Assembly (NCBI GenBank): GCA_035221665.1
Contig: CM069150.1
Location: 36,146,001 to 36,210,000 of the forward strand
Length of the DNA: 64,000 nucleotides
From: Okamejei kenojei
Taxonomy: Eukaryota
Direction of reading: 5' to 3'
Under the pieces are notes generated by a model, which was not told where the DNA came from, did no database searches, and was given only the letters and a program-made list of their open reading frames with translations. Both the position numbers and the translations under genes were made by a program. Position 1 is the stretch's first letter, and every line of letters begins with the position of its first letter. Positions 1 through 12,276 of the stretch are shown here, one piece after another.

Positions 1-424
1 TTATGAAATCTGGGGCCTGCACACAGAAGATCACCACGCTCCAGTGCCATCTTGCAGGCAGTATCAAAGTCTGCTTTTGTGAAGAAAAATGTACGAGCTT
101 CAAAATAGCCTACTGAGTAAATGCACTTCCCGAACAACCATCTTGACACAATGCCCAGGAGAAATTAACTCACTTCTGCCTGTGTGCTTATATAGCCCTC
201 AGAATTTGGGCCTTTATAGTTGTCTTCAGTCGCAAAGGGCTGTGGAGATGGACATTTGTCAGTGTAAATTAAGAACTTCCCACCTCCCTCCTTGCTAAAA
301 CTTGCCTATGTGAGAAAACTCTATGAAGAAATATGTGTCCTATGATACCACATCAGGGACAATTTTCCACTGCTGTCACATTGCAAGTGGTCAGTTGGGC
401 CTGGAACCATAGATGGTGTTAGTC

Positions 425-1327
425 ATAATAATAATAATAATATGTTTTATTGTCATTACACATGTGCAATGAGATTTGGTTTGCAACTTCCATCCGATGT
501 CATAACTTAACGACTAATAAAATTTAGGTTTAGATACCTCGAGAACATGGTTTGCGAAAAGAACATTAGAACAGTAAAACAGTCAAAACAGATTAAAGTG
601 CAGATGTGTCTGTGCGACGTGACCATCCGAGGGAGACAGTCCATGGGGGTGGGGGGCACTCAGCAGGGCCGGTTCAGAGCCGCTATAGCTCTGGGAATGA
701 AGCTGTTCCTGAGTCTGGAGGTGCGGGTGTAGAAGGCCCTAGTAGCATCTGCCAGAAGGGAGTAGTTCGAACAGTCCATTACAAGGGTGAGAGGAGTCTT
801 TATGGATGCTGACGGCCTTCCTGGGGCACCGTGTGTGGTAGATACCCTCCAAGGCTGGTAGCAGTGTCCCAATGATATTTTGCGCTATGTGGACGAAGCG
901 CTGAAGACCTCTCCTCTCCGCCTCCGTGCAGCTGAGATACCACACAGAGATGCCATACGTTAGGATGCTCTCTGTCATGCAGCGGTAGAAGGTCGTCAGC
1001 AGCTGTTGGGGCAGACCAGTCCGTTTCAATGTTCTTAGGAAGAACAGTCGTTGCTGTGCCTTTTTGACCAGCACAGCGGTGTTGGTGGACCATGTGAGGT
1101 CCTCTGAGATGTGAGTGCCCAGTAACTTAAAGCTGGACACTCTCTCCACACTGTCCCCGTAGATGGAGATTGGGGCGTATTCCCCATTCTGCGACCTCCT
1201 GAAGTCAATAATCAGCTCCTTGGTCTTGGAGGTGTTTAGTGACAAGTTGTTCTGTGAGCACCAGTCCGCCAGGTTCTGCACCTCCGCTCTGTAGTTTGTT
1301 TCGTCACCGTTGGTGATCAGCCCGATC
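425..1327 (-). mobile_element. Rex1/Babar-clade LINE, 5'-truncated 3' fragment (RT C-terminus plus 3' UTR and (ATT)n tail)
   Basis: ORF 739..1341 reads WCSQNNLSLNTSKTKELIIDFRR...FKLLGTHISEDLTW...KKAQQRLFFLR...LLPSGR, typical of the Rex1 RT C-terminus. It continues after a frameshift as RTSRLRNSFIP. GACAATAAA signal and (ATT)n tail at 425-455. Confidence 0.9.
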
Positions 1328-1845
1328 ATGCATCCCAACAAGACATTGTGCCTTTAAGGGATGAGAGAAATATGCAAATATCAAGACCTTTCATATTCTT
1401 CCATTTTTTCACTCCAGCTCATAGTGATGCTAATTCTGCAGTTCCTCCCATTCAAAAGCCTTTGTATATATAATCTGGGAGAATCAATCAATTTTAGATT
1501 TGGAATGGTATTAATCCATTCAGTTTTGCAGCATGTTATACCATGAAGTAAGGGGATTTAGAAGATTTTTTAAGTCTACTGGTCCACATAAGAGGTGATA
1601 ATTGCGGCACTTCACACAACATCCTTTGAGCAGAGTGTTTTTTCATTAGCAGGTAACATGGAAAGCTGTCAAAACAAGATTCTCTCCATTTGCCCAAAGG
1701 ATAAAATAGTTGAGAACACAGGGAAACATTTGGCAGTGAATAAATCTCATTAATGGTGTAATTATCTCTTGTCTCTTGTTATGCTCTTTTTAAGAATTGA
1801 AAGGAATTCATCGTCTTACAACAATGTCCAGATGATGACACGGAC

Positions 1846-1921
1846 GATAGACATAAAAAGCTGGAGTAACTCAGCGGGGCGGGCAGTGTCCCTGGGGAGA
1901 AGGAATGGGTGACGTTTCGGA
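1846..1921 (-). mobile_element. Penelope-derived short terminal-repeat (pLTR) copy
   Basis: Reverse complement of the recurrent ...GAAACGTCACCCATTCCTTCTC...CCGCTGAGTTACTCCAGC unit. Confidence 0.7.
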
Positions 1922-2923
1922 GTGAGACTACAGAGACTATCATTCGAATAAAGTATATTTTGAAATTAAAAAAAAAAAAATTTAAAAAAAAAAAAAAGAG
2001 ACTACAGAGAACGCAAACGCACTGTCGCTCAGGCAGTATTGATAGACGTGACAAGGGATCTTTGATGAACTTCTCTTTCCACAGGTGCTGCTGAGTCCAG
2101 TATTTTGATTTGGATATCTCACATTTATGTTTTTTTTGATCTCCACACACACTAGCATTCATTTTGAGGGGACTATTGAATTGAATTGAATTCAATTGAC
2201 AAGTCACAGAGAAATTCTTTGTTTGCATACCCAAGGTCCACCTTAGTTCTCCCCCCACTCCTCCCTCACAGCAGCCCCCCCAAGCTGCATCCTCATTTGT
2301 TCTTACTACAATATAAAAGCAAGGATGTAATACTGAGGCTTCATCAGGTGCGGGTGAGGGCACGTGTGTCCAGATGGTCTCTTGATGTTCAGATTATGGG
2401 GAGAATGGGGTTGAGAGGGAATAATAGATCAGCCATGATCGAATGGCGGAACAGACTTGATGGGTCGATTGGCCTAACTTTGCTCCTATATCCTATGGTC
2501 TTATGTCGTAGATTGCTTTACTGTGGGAATGGCATCACAGAGAAGAGAGGAGATGAGGAGACTTGTTTGGACAAGTGATTGTGGAGGGGTGTGTGGTCCA
2601 GTTAGATTATTACAGACATTGGCGGGACAGATGATGGAGTCTTGCACTAGTTGAATGAGATGCAGGGAACATACAAATTCCCTGGCTCTGCCTGGGCTCC
2701 GGGAAGGGGTGGGGGTGAGGCCTGAAGCCCTCTACTTGGATAAACCTGTTCTTTATTTACAAAATAGCAATGGATGCATAAGCCCTTCTGGAAACCAGAA
2801 ATATCAGCTGATCTAATCAACCAAAAAGGGACCACAAACACGGTTTCAGATAGATTACTGATTTAGGATAAGTACAGTTGGCTTGCCAATCACTCTGAAT
2901 GCAGTGATGGGTAAAGTAGATAG

Positions 2924-3166
2924 GAGTCCGTGAAACCAGAGATCACCGCACGCTTATACTATCCTACACACTAGACACATTTTACAGATGACAGAAGCCA
3001 AATTAACTTACAAACCTGTACGTCTTTAGTATGGGTGGAAACTGGAGCACCCGGAGAAAAATTATGTGGTCACAGAGAGAACATACAAACTCCATACAGA
3101 CAGCACCTGTGGTCAGGATTGAACCCGGGTCTCTGGCGCTGTGCAACATCTCTACCACTGCACCAA
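2924..3166 (-). mobile_element. HE1-like V-SINE (degenerate)
   Basis: Same head (B-box GGTTCAATCC on the minus strand) and body as the other HE1 copies in the window. Confidence 0.75.
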
Positions 3167-3241
3167 TAGGAACGTGTTCCTGTTTTAAAAACTCAACCTT
3201 CAGGAGTAATATTTGAACGGGGGAACAATTATTGGATTTTT

Positions 3242-3350
3242 ACTTCATTACAACTTGGAGACCAAGGGTTTCAAAGGTTTCAAAGGTCTTTTATCGTAAA
3301 GTGTATCAATTAGGGTATGGTGATATTCGCATTAACATACAGCCATACTA
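3242..3350 (-). repeat. 109-bp exact inverted copy of 7789-7897
   Basis: Base-by-base reverse-complement identity. Confidence 0.95.
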
Positions 3351-3371
3351 CATATTACTACTTTTTCAAAA

Positions 3372-3466
3372 AGTCTGAAGAAGGGTCTCGACCCGGAACG
3401 TCACTCATTCCTTCTATCCAGAGATGCTGCCTGTTCTGCTGAGTTAATCCAGCTTTTTGGGTCTAT
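3372..3466 (+). mobile_element. Penelope-derived pLTR mini-insertion with hammerhead-like motif and imperfect TSD
   Basis: CTGAAGAAGGGTCTCGACCCGGAACGTC starts at 3375. Flanks TTACTACTTTTTCAA (3355-3369) and TTACTATTTTTTCAA (3467-3481) differ at one position. Confidence 0.8.
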
Positions 3467-3695
3467 TTACTATTTTTTCAATGCCTTCTTTCATAATTGA
3501 AAATAGAGAGATGAAATAAAAACAATCTAAATTAAAGCACAGCAAATGTTACAGTAAAAGCTTTGCTATTTTTACAACCAAATGTGCAGGAGAGGGCAGC
3601 AAATGGTCTGTATAATCCTGTGGCATTGCTTGGTTACATCATCCCTGCATTATTATCCTCACCTTTTGCCTCTCGCTCACCCATCACCCGTTCAC

Positions 3696-3728
<33 letters not shown>

Positions 3729-3743
3729 ACCCCCCCCCCCCCC
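3696..3743. repeat. poly-C tract (G-quadruplex potential on minus strand)
   Basis: Near-pure C run. Confidence 0.9.
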
Positions 3744-4555
3744 CATTTCAAAGGCCAACACCATTGAATGAATCTCACTCCAAATGAATGAAACTGTATA
3801 GTGTCCTGTCTGAGGCGAAAACCATCAATGTCACCAGATTGTCAACGTGACCACACACCACAGCTGCATTTAATCTCCTCGACCAGTGAAGATCATTGAA
3901 TAGCAATTTACTGTGGGACAAGCGACTGAACCAGTGGCAAGTCACATTTACATCCACTCGAAAGCAACTGCCTCAGCCACAAACTAAGAATCAAATCAGG
4001 TTTGTGCGACTTGGCATCTAAAATTTCCCATCCACTCCTTTGGGGGGAATGTTTATGATTGAAATATAGTGAGGGAATTGTTCCTGCATTTCTGTTGTTG
4101 ATCAAATTAAATGCAGCTTTTCAACTGTGGTCCTTTGACTGAGTTAAATATAATCAGGCAGTGTTGTACCTGAGGAACGGTCTCGACTCGAAACGTCACC
4201 TATTACTTTTCTCCATAACTGCCTGACCTGCTGAGTTACTCCATCTTTTTGCGTCTATCTTCAGTGTAATTTAAAACTGAGATATTTGTGTTTATAAGGA
4301 TAGGAGTATGATAATAATAACCCATTATTATCTTTAATATGTCAATATGCCTCAATTTTCAACTGGTAACTTGCTGACAAATCATTGTCAGACCTTATTA
4401 ATCAAAAGTATTGATCATTTGAAGTGCTTGACCACAATCGATTGTTACACAGTGTTAGACTCATATATCTTAGTATTAACACTTAATTATTAAATTGAGT
4501 AACTGAAGTATAATAAAGCATTGTGTGGAACAAAACAGTTTGGTTTTAAACTTGT

Positions 4556-4860
4556 TGATTTAATTGAACTGCATACTTTAATGTCACGTGCCAAGTCACA
4601 GTAAAATTCTTTGCTTGCGTACCCAAGGGTATGCAAATACTGGCCCATAAAGGGCGCTGGCAAAGTAACAAATCCTCCCCCCCCCCCCCCCCACGCCAGT
4701 TCCCCCATTGTTCTTCGCCCTCCCTCACGGCGGTTCACCGCGCCGGGTCCTCCATTGTTCATCCCCCCCACGGCGCCCCCCCTCGCTGGATCTTCCATTG
4801 TTCATCCCCCCCTCCCCCCCTCACGGCGGTCCCACCACGCCGGGCCCCCTTTATTCCGTC
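4556..4860 (-). mobile_element. Non-autonomous element with Rex1-like 3' tail and internal CCATTGTTC... tandem units
   Basis: Tail shared with 2175-2236 (CAAGTCACAG..AAATTCTTTG.TTGC.TACCCAAGG); repeated CCATTGTTCATCCCCCC units. Confidence 0.5.
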
Positions 4861-5391
4861 AGTAGGTTACTGAATCAGGGTGGATAAGCCTGGTGAAAGC
4901 CTATAAAAATGCCTTGCGTTCACTGCTCTCAAGTGACTTCTGTAATACTCTGTGCTTCATTACTTTTGGAGTGGGGCTTCAGAGAACACCCAGAGTAAAA
5001 CATCCTGACTGTAAAACTGGTTTCAACAAGCTGAGTAATTAACAAAACATGTGGCTGACCCATTTACCAGCTGGTCAAAACATAACAAATCCTGGAAATC
5101 AATGATTACTATTCAATGCATTATATAAATATCGTTATCTGCCCTGCCATTTTTATTGTTGACTTTAGAGCTGCTCTGAGGGTCATATTAAATGAGTTAA
5201 CGGATAATTCACACCATTGAGCAATTACACATTGTTTGAAAAAGTTGAACAGTTGTGACTGGCAATAATTGAAAATACTGAGAAAAAACACGGAAAGGAC
5301 TGCTTGCTCTTAATATATATTCTTAAATTAAATAAACAAAATGTTGTTCTGCAGAATGGTCTCGACCTGAAACATCACCTATTCCTGTTAC

Positions 5392-5657
5392 CATTTAGTT
5401 TATTGTCACGTGTACCGAGGTACAGGGAAAAGCTTTTGCTGCGTGCTATCCAGTCGGCAGAAAGGCAATACATGATTGCAAGCGAGCCATTTACAGTGTA
5501 TATATAGATAAGGGAGTAATATTTAGTCTGAAGCAGGGTCTCGACCCGTAACATCACCTATTCCTTCGCTCCATAGATGCTGCCTCACCCGCTGAGTTTC
5601 TCCAACATTTTTATCTCCCTTTAATATTTAGTGCAAGGTAAAGCCAGCAAAGTCCGA
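5392..5657 (-). mobile_element. Rex1-family 3' end interrupted by a pLTR insertion (5528-5621)
   Basis: Matches the 42424-42590 copy. The insertion is flanked by the 11-bp TSD TAATATTTAGT (5517-5527 / 5622-5632). Confidence 0.75.
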
Positions 5658-6784
5658 TGCTGCCTGACCCGCTGAGTGACTCCAGTTTTTTGTGTCTACC
5701 TTCGATTTAAACCAGCATCTGCAGTTCCCTGCCGAAACAAAATGTGTAAAATTTTCTTTGACCGGTAAGTTCATGAAAAGCTGAAAGTTGATACAATGGA
5801 GATAGACTGTTGCTTGGCTGTGGACAATGTGCAATGGAGAATTGCTTTTCTCATCTGTATTTGAACTATCTTGAATTTCAAAAGAGGGACATTAACAGAT
5901 GCATTTTTTTCTACTTATCTTGTGGGACTCGCAGTCCATTGTTTGTTGATGCAAGCAGTTGTCATAGTCGTGTAATAACAAAACCCAGCCATTTACTCTG
6001 TTTACCTCCAGAGGAACTGATGAGCAATCTAGGTAAAATTACAGCCATGTGTGGAATTCAGTGAGTAGCCAGGGGAGGCGGCATAAGAGTTTTTACAGAC
6101 ACTAACAATTGCACCACAAAATCTTCTCTTTAATTTTCATCAGTCACCTTTATACATTACAATACAATACGATTGAACTTTATTTATCCCAGGCGGGAAA
6201 TTAATTTGCCAGCAGTCATTAAAACACAAAATACATGAAACATTAAATTAAAGTGACGGGTGGAAAGGCTTTGGGGATGTGCAAAGATTATGGGGGTGGG
6301 GGTGGGGGAAGGGAAGTCATTCTCAGTCTACCCCATGACCGAAGACTGGAACTGACTCCCTACCTCCCCCCCCCCCCCACACTTATTGCATCTGTCTTAC
6401 CAAATTATTATCAAGCACATTTTCTGTATTTGCATAATATGAATATATTAATATTAAAATTTCCGAATTATCTTCCTAATGTTATATTTGTCAGAATTAA
6501 TTAATCAATTACAAGTAGTTAAACACAGCTAACACAATAACACTTCAATACCCTGCAACTAACTTGCTGATCTCTTTCAAGCTTATTATTACAAGACAAT
6601 CTTACTCACTGCAAATTGAATTTGCAATATGTATCAACAATCTGTATTTATGTAGCACCTTTAGCAGAGTGAAAAACCCAAAGGCATTTTGCAAAGAGTA
6701 TTAACAAATAAACCAAATCATATCTTGAAATGGTTGATCCTGTCATGTTGTTGTGCTTCACTGGGCAGCACGAGACCGTCTCCT

Positions 6785-7082
6785 AGAAACGTAAATAGGT
6801 GCAGGAGAAGGCCCTTCGAGCCAGCACCGCCCTTCAACATGATCATGGCTGATCATCCAAAATCACGACTCCGTTCCTGCTTTCTCCCCATATCCCTTGA
6901 TTCCGTTAGCCCTAAGAGCTATATGTAACTCTCTCTTGAAAACATCCAGTGAATTGGCCTCCACTGCCTTCTGTGGTATAGTATTCCACAGATTCACAAC
7001 TCTCTGGGTGAAAAGGTTTTTCTTCATATCAGTCTTAAAAGGCCTACCCTTTATTCTTAAACTGTGACCCCTGGTTCTGGAA
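6785..7082 (-). mobile_element. CR1/HER1 LINE 3' end
   Basis: ORF 6863..7123 reads SRTRGHSLRIKGRPFKTD...FTQRVVNLWN...FKRELH (CR1 ORF2 C-terminus), followed by a typical 3' UTR. Confidence 0.9.
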
Positions 7083-7093
7083 CACTGTGACCG

Positions 7094-7870
7094 GGTGGCG
7101 CCAGCAATGGCTGCCTCGCCCACAGTCTCTGTCCCTTCCTTCTCTGTTGTTTATTTAGTGCATGTTAAATGTATGTTTTTAGTGTTCTCTAGCTTGTTTT
7201 ATGTGGGGGGTGGTGAGGGGGTTGGGGAAACCTTTTTTAAAATCTCTTACCTCGACGGAAACACCATTTTTTTCCTTATCGTATCTCCGTCTGCACTGCG
7301 GCCTAACATCGAGGAGCTGGAGGCCTTTGCTGGAGACCGACTTCGGGAGCTCCCACCGCGGGAGCCTGCAGGACTTACCATCGCGGAGCTCGCGATCCCT
7401 TTGCCGGAGATCGACTTCTGAGCTCCAACCGCGGGAGCCTGCGGACTTTAACATCATGGAGCTTGCGGTCTCTGGTTAGAGCTCCAACCGCAGGAGCTTT
7501 GACCACCCTGATGCGGGAGCTTAGATCGCCCCAACGCGGGAGCTTAGATCGCCCCAACACGGGAGCTTAGATCGCCCCGACGCGGGAGCTTAGATCACCC
7601 CGACACGGGAGCTTTGATTTCCCTGATGCGGGGGCTTCGACCGCTGGCTGCGGGAGCTTCAATTGCGGGAGAAAAATGAGGGAAGAAGATTAGACTTTAT
7701 TAGCTTCTATCACAGTGAGGAATGTGGAATCCGCTGTGGTGGATGTTTATGTTAACTTTTATGTAGTTGTGTGTCTTGTTGCCTTTTTTAGTATGGCTGT
7801 ATGTTAATGCGAATATCACCATACCCTAATTGATACACTTTACGATAAAAGACCTTTGAAACCTTTGAAA
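7094..7870 (+). mobile_element. Non-autonomous GC-rich element with 23-bp minisatellite and Rex1-like tail
   Basis: Tandem GCGGGAGCTTAGATCGCCCCAAC units at about 7512-7650; CATCACAGTGAGGA-type motif shared with 21845-22320 and 32277-32487; (CCTTTGAAA)n tail. Confidence 0.6.
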
Positions 7871-8452
7871 CCCTTGGTCTCCAAGTTGTAATGAAGTGAT
7901 GACATTGGGAACATTTATTTGTTACTCTGTGGAGCATGGCATAGTACTGAAGAAGCCTCAACCCACAACGTCACCCATTGCTCTCCACAAATGCTGCCTG
8001 TCCTGCTGAATTACTCCAGCATTTTGTGTCAACAGTAATTTACATTGGAAATAGCCATGTTGAAAGCATTATAATTTAAAGATCTTGCAGTATTAATGAA
8101 AAACATTATGTTAGCGTCGTATCTTCTCATTGATGCAGTACCTATCAAATTAACCTTAATTAATACCTAATAAATGAAACCAGTGTGCTACGATTAAAAT
8201 GTCTCAAAACAAATATGTCATTCTATGTTCAGCAAATGCTGTTGTTTATAAGGATGTAAGTTAATATATTACTGTTCCCATGGGACTAGTTCCTATTGTT
8301 GATGCTGCAAGCCATATTCTGATCACACTCGCCTAAGTCTATCAACATACTGATGCCCTGAATGCACAGGAATTAGCACATGTGATAGACATAAGGAAGA
8401 ATTCTATAGTGTTGCTTGCATATTGTAAAAGAAAGACTTGGATTTATTAGTA

Positions 8453-9588
8453 CTAGACTAAGTGGGACCCGTTGGGTCCCAGCATCACACGGGAGAGCTG
8501 GTCCCCCAACGCAATATTCCACCTCTCCACCAATTCCAGTATTGGTGGCCAGTGGAGGGGGAGGGGGGGGGGGGGGGGGGGCTTTCTGTAGTGCTAGTAT
8601 GGGTGTTGTGGGCTGAAGGGACTGGTTTCCAGAGGGCTAGTATGGACATTGTGGACCAAATGGATTATTGGGCTGGCAGCTCAGTCACTCAAGCGTGTTG
8701 TGCTGGCAGCTCACTCATTCACGGCGGGTGGACTGGCAGTTGACTCATGGCTATTCCTTGAAATTCCACTTCAGGCAGGGTGCAAGGCCACCAAATTCAA
8801 GTGCAGTTTCATACCATTTCAAGCAAGGTGCAAGGCCACTAAAGACAGCGAATCGTGACCTCTCCCTCCTCAATTTTCCAGAGACTGAGCCACGCCCACA
8901 CTTCTGGGTTTTATAGTCCCTCCCTCTAACACCAGAAGGGGCGAGGCCTTCATGGCATGATTGACAGAAGAGGGAATCGCAACATTTTTTAAAAACTAAT
9001 ACTCTTTTATTTTTCAACGATGGGAAAAATCCTCAGCACCTATGAGCGGAGGGGGACTCTGAGTAAGGCAACTTAAATTAGGCAAGGCAACTTAAATTAG
9101 GCAAGGCAACTTAAATTAGGCAAAGCAACTTTAATTAGGCAAGGCAACTTTAATTAGGCAAGGCAACTTTAATTAGGCAACACAGCTTTAGCATTTCCAA
9201 ACCAAAGGCAACACAGCTTTAGCATTTCCAAACTATATTTTCAAACCACATTAAGGTCACTGACAGGTCAGTAAAACCATTCACAGTTTAGTAGACGTGT
9301 TCAGTGTTATTCACGGCTCAGACTGAGAGATGTGACCCTCTCGCTCCCCCATCTTGCACTCAGTCCCTCCGGAAGGGGCGTGGCCTTCAGGAGAGAGAAT
9401 CTCAACATTTTTTAAACACTAATAAGTCTTTTATTTTTCATCAATGGGAAAAATCCTCTTGTCTGCGCGGCAGAGGGGGACTCTCTCAAAGATGCCCTAA
9501 AATCACAGCTGTAAGTGGCAGTGTTTTTTCTAAAATCAATATACAGAACAACAGGAAGTGGTCAAGATCAGACTTTTAGTAATATAGA
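8453..9588 (-). mobile_element. Non-autonomous Helitron
   Basis: On the minus strand it starts A|TCTATATTACTAAAAG (9588) and ends CTAG|T (8453). A perfect hairpin GGGACCC-AAC-GGGTCCC (8464-8480) lies 11 nt from the 3' end. No TSD. Internal ~20-bp tandem repeats (9066-9180) and an internal duplication (8935-9035 vs 9372-9457). Confidence 0.85.
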
Positions 9589-9590
9589 TA

Positions 9591-11214
9591 CTAGACCAGG
9601 TGCAGACCCGTTGGGCCTGTCCTCCTTAGGCAATAGTCCACCACTGACCCATAGCCACCAACTGCACAGGCTGACGGGTTGCCGTTGTGACGGCAGATAT
9701 CCCCGTTGAGACACGAGTGACGACAACCCTCCCCCAACTGCGCAAGTGGGAGCGCGACTGCGACGTTTTTAAAGTTCAAAATGACAATAACCTGTAAAAT
9801 ATCAACCCCTCCCTCCCCTACTCCCTCTTCCCCCTCCCTTCCTCCATTACCTCGCCATCCCCATCTCTGCCCCTATCCTCCTCCATTCCCGTTCATCCCC
9901 AGCACTCCCCCTCCACCCTCCCTCTTCTTTCCCTTCCTCCTCCCCTCCCAAACTCTCTCCCTCACCTCTCCCTCCCTCTCCTTTGCCCTACCCTCAGTCA
10001 CTCCCTCCCTCCCTCCATAACCCCTCTCCCCTCCCCTACCCCCATCCTCTCCCTCTCCCATTCCTCACCTCCCCCCAATCCCACCCCCACTCTCCCTCCT
10101 CAACTCCCCCACTGCCCTCCTTTCTCTCTATTCCCTGTTCCCTACCTCTCCCGCTCCCCCCCCTCATTTCTCTCTTTCTCCCCTTCTCTCCCCCACCTCC
10201 ATCCTCACCTCCCCTACTTTCCCCTCCCTCTCCCTCCTTACCCCCTCTTCTCCCTCAATCCCCCAGCCTCCCTCCTCACCTCCCCAGGATTTTGATGTAA
10301 TCCACCTCCGGCCCCGTTTGTTCCTCCACTTCGGCGATGAAGCTGTAGTTGAGGCTGCGGCCTAGTCCTTGCCCCGGGTCCCGTTCCTCTCAATCCCCGC
10401 CGGCCTGGAGCAGCAGTCTCCTGACCCCGCACTGGCTCGAACCCCAGTCGAGGGCCCGGAGACGCGCTCCGGCTCCAGTCCGTGTCTGTGTCGGCTCCCC
10501 AGTGCCCAAAGCCCGGGCCCGACTACAGCCCTGGGGCTCGGCCCACGCCAGGCCTCTTCACCTTCCCTCTTCTTTCCCCTCTCCTCCTCCCCTCCCCCAT
10601 TGCCTCCCTCTTTTTTCCCCTACCCTCAGTCCACACTCCCTCCCTCCATAACCCCTATCCCTCCCTACCCCCTCTATTGTTTTGGGACCCAAAGGAGTGT
10701 TCACCCACTCCTCACCCCCCCCCCCCCCCCCTATCCCCACCCCCACCCCTCCCCCCATCCCACAATTAAAATTGTGATTTTTTTTAAATGGAATCCTCAC
10801 AAAACCTAAACAAAAGGAAAACGGAAGAATTTGATTAAAATTGATTTTTTAATGTAAATGAGATTCGAAATCCCATTGTGACGTTAGTTCGAAAAAACCT
10901 AAACACAATGAAAATGGAAGAATTTTATTAAAACTGAATTTTTTATGTAAATGAGATTTGGAATCCCATTGTGACGTCACAGGGCAAGTGGTAAAGTGGT
11001 TTGAAAAGTGTTTTTTGTAAAGTTTAAAATGTCAATAATTTGTAAGATATAACATAAATCTGAAAGAAACTTGTTTCATTTATGACCCAGGACAATGGTG
11101 AGTAAGGTGGGCCTAAACATTGTAGCGCTATCATGTATCATTTTGGCGCGGTTCTGGGATATCACGTCCACACACGCATGCTTCAAAACAAACAAAATGA
11201 GAGTAATTTAAAGA
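9591..11214 (-). mobile_element. Second non-autonomous Helitron, head-to-tail with the first
   Basis: 3' end CTAG|T at 9591 with hairpin CAGGCCC-AAC-GGGTCTG (9603-9619); degenerate 5' end A|TCTTTAAATTACTCTC at 11214; CT-rich tracts; ~85-bp tandem duplication at 10801-10977. Confidence 0.75.
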
Positions 11215-11227
11215 TATTTTAATCTGA

Positions 11228-11620
11228 ATAGCTTTACAACCTATGAAGTGTGCTTTTAAGTGCGGTCACAGTTTTAGTGTAGAAAGCACAGTTGCTAGCT
11301 TTGCACAGAAAGGTCTTACAAAGAGCAATGTGCTAATGTCTAAATAATCTGGGGTTTTTTAAGTGAAATGGAAATACAAGGAACTGCAGATGCTGGAATC
11401 CTGAGCAAAACACAAAGTGTTCCAGCGCTCACTCATGGTTCAATCTTGTTGAGGAAGTGGTACTTGTCTGAGGGATAACTTTCCTTCTCTTCCTCAAAAT
11501 ATTACCAATGGATCTTTTGCTCCACCTGAGTAGCAGATAGAAGGTCATGTTAAAGACAGCTGTTCTGCCCAGCAAAAGCACTCCTTCCAAGCTGCCATTG
11601 GAGTCAGTCTGGATCTTGTT
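11228..11620 (-). mobile_element. Ancient DeuSINE (SacSINE1/AmnSINE1-like), degenerate
   Basis: Resembles the recalled Deu-domain consensus (...CAGCAATGTGATAATGACCAGATAATCTG...GGATCTTTTACGTCCACCTGAG...GTCAGCCTAGAT). Its tail remnant GAAAGACTTGGATTTAT lies at 8431-8447. A small pLTR-like insert sits at ~11371-11425. Confidence 0.6.
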
Positions 11621-12276
11621 CCTTTTGTGGGTAATGCTGCCTTGAACTGTAGCAAATATAGAGCGGGTGGGTGAGGAAAAAAATAGGTTTGATGATTGCT
11701 ACTAAGCTAATGTTACCTAGCCCCCTGTGACTTTAATGGTTTACAATTAAACAAAAAACTCTCAGTTCACCTCAGTAATAAAACAGAAAATGTTTCCATT
11801 CTCAGTCCGTCAGGCAGCATCTGTACAGAGAGAAGCAGAGTTAAACGTTACAGGTTAGTGACCTTTCATCACTCCTTTACCATCCACTGCCTTTTACCTG
11901 GCCAATATCTCCCTGTCCATGTTGAAACAAAGAACTACAAATGCTGGTTTATACCAAGTGCTGGAGTAATTCAGCCGATCAGGCAGCATCTCTGGGGGAA
12001 AAAAGGATAGGTATTGTTTCGGGACACAAAGGATTCTGAGTTACTCCAGCACTTTGTGTCTTTTTCCCAGTCCATCTTCTCTCCACTCTTCCTCATGGCG
12101 TTGGTTCCTTGATGTATGGGGAAAATTAATTAAACACACCAGTAAAATACTGTGGTATATTCAGTGTGTTTTTTTTCGTATGGCTATATGGTAATTCGCA
12201 CATCACCATATCTTAATTGGTACATGTGACAATAAAAGACAGTTGAAACCTTTGAAAGAAGGTTCCAGCATCTTTC

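Noticed and set aside
6012-6060. Possible short plus-strand exon (EELMSNLGKITAMCGI)
   Set aside because: Plausible splice signals but no recognisable homology or partner exons; expected by chance
9781-10809. Proline-rich ORFs (also 3563-3787, 4611-4873 and 39896-40156)
   Set aside because: Translations of C/T-rich low-complexity tracts; no coding evidence
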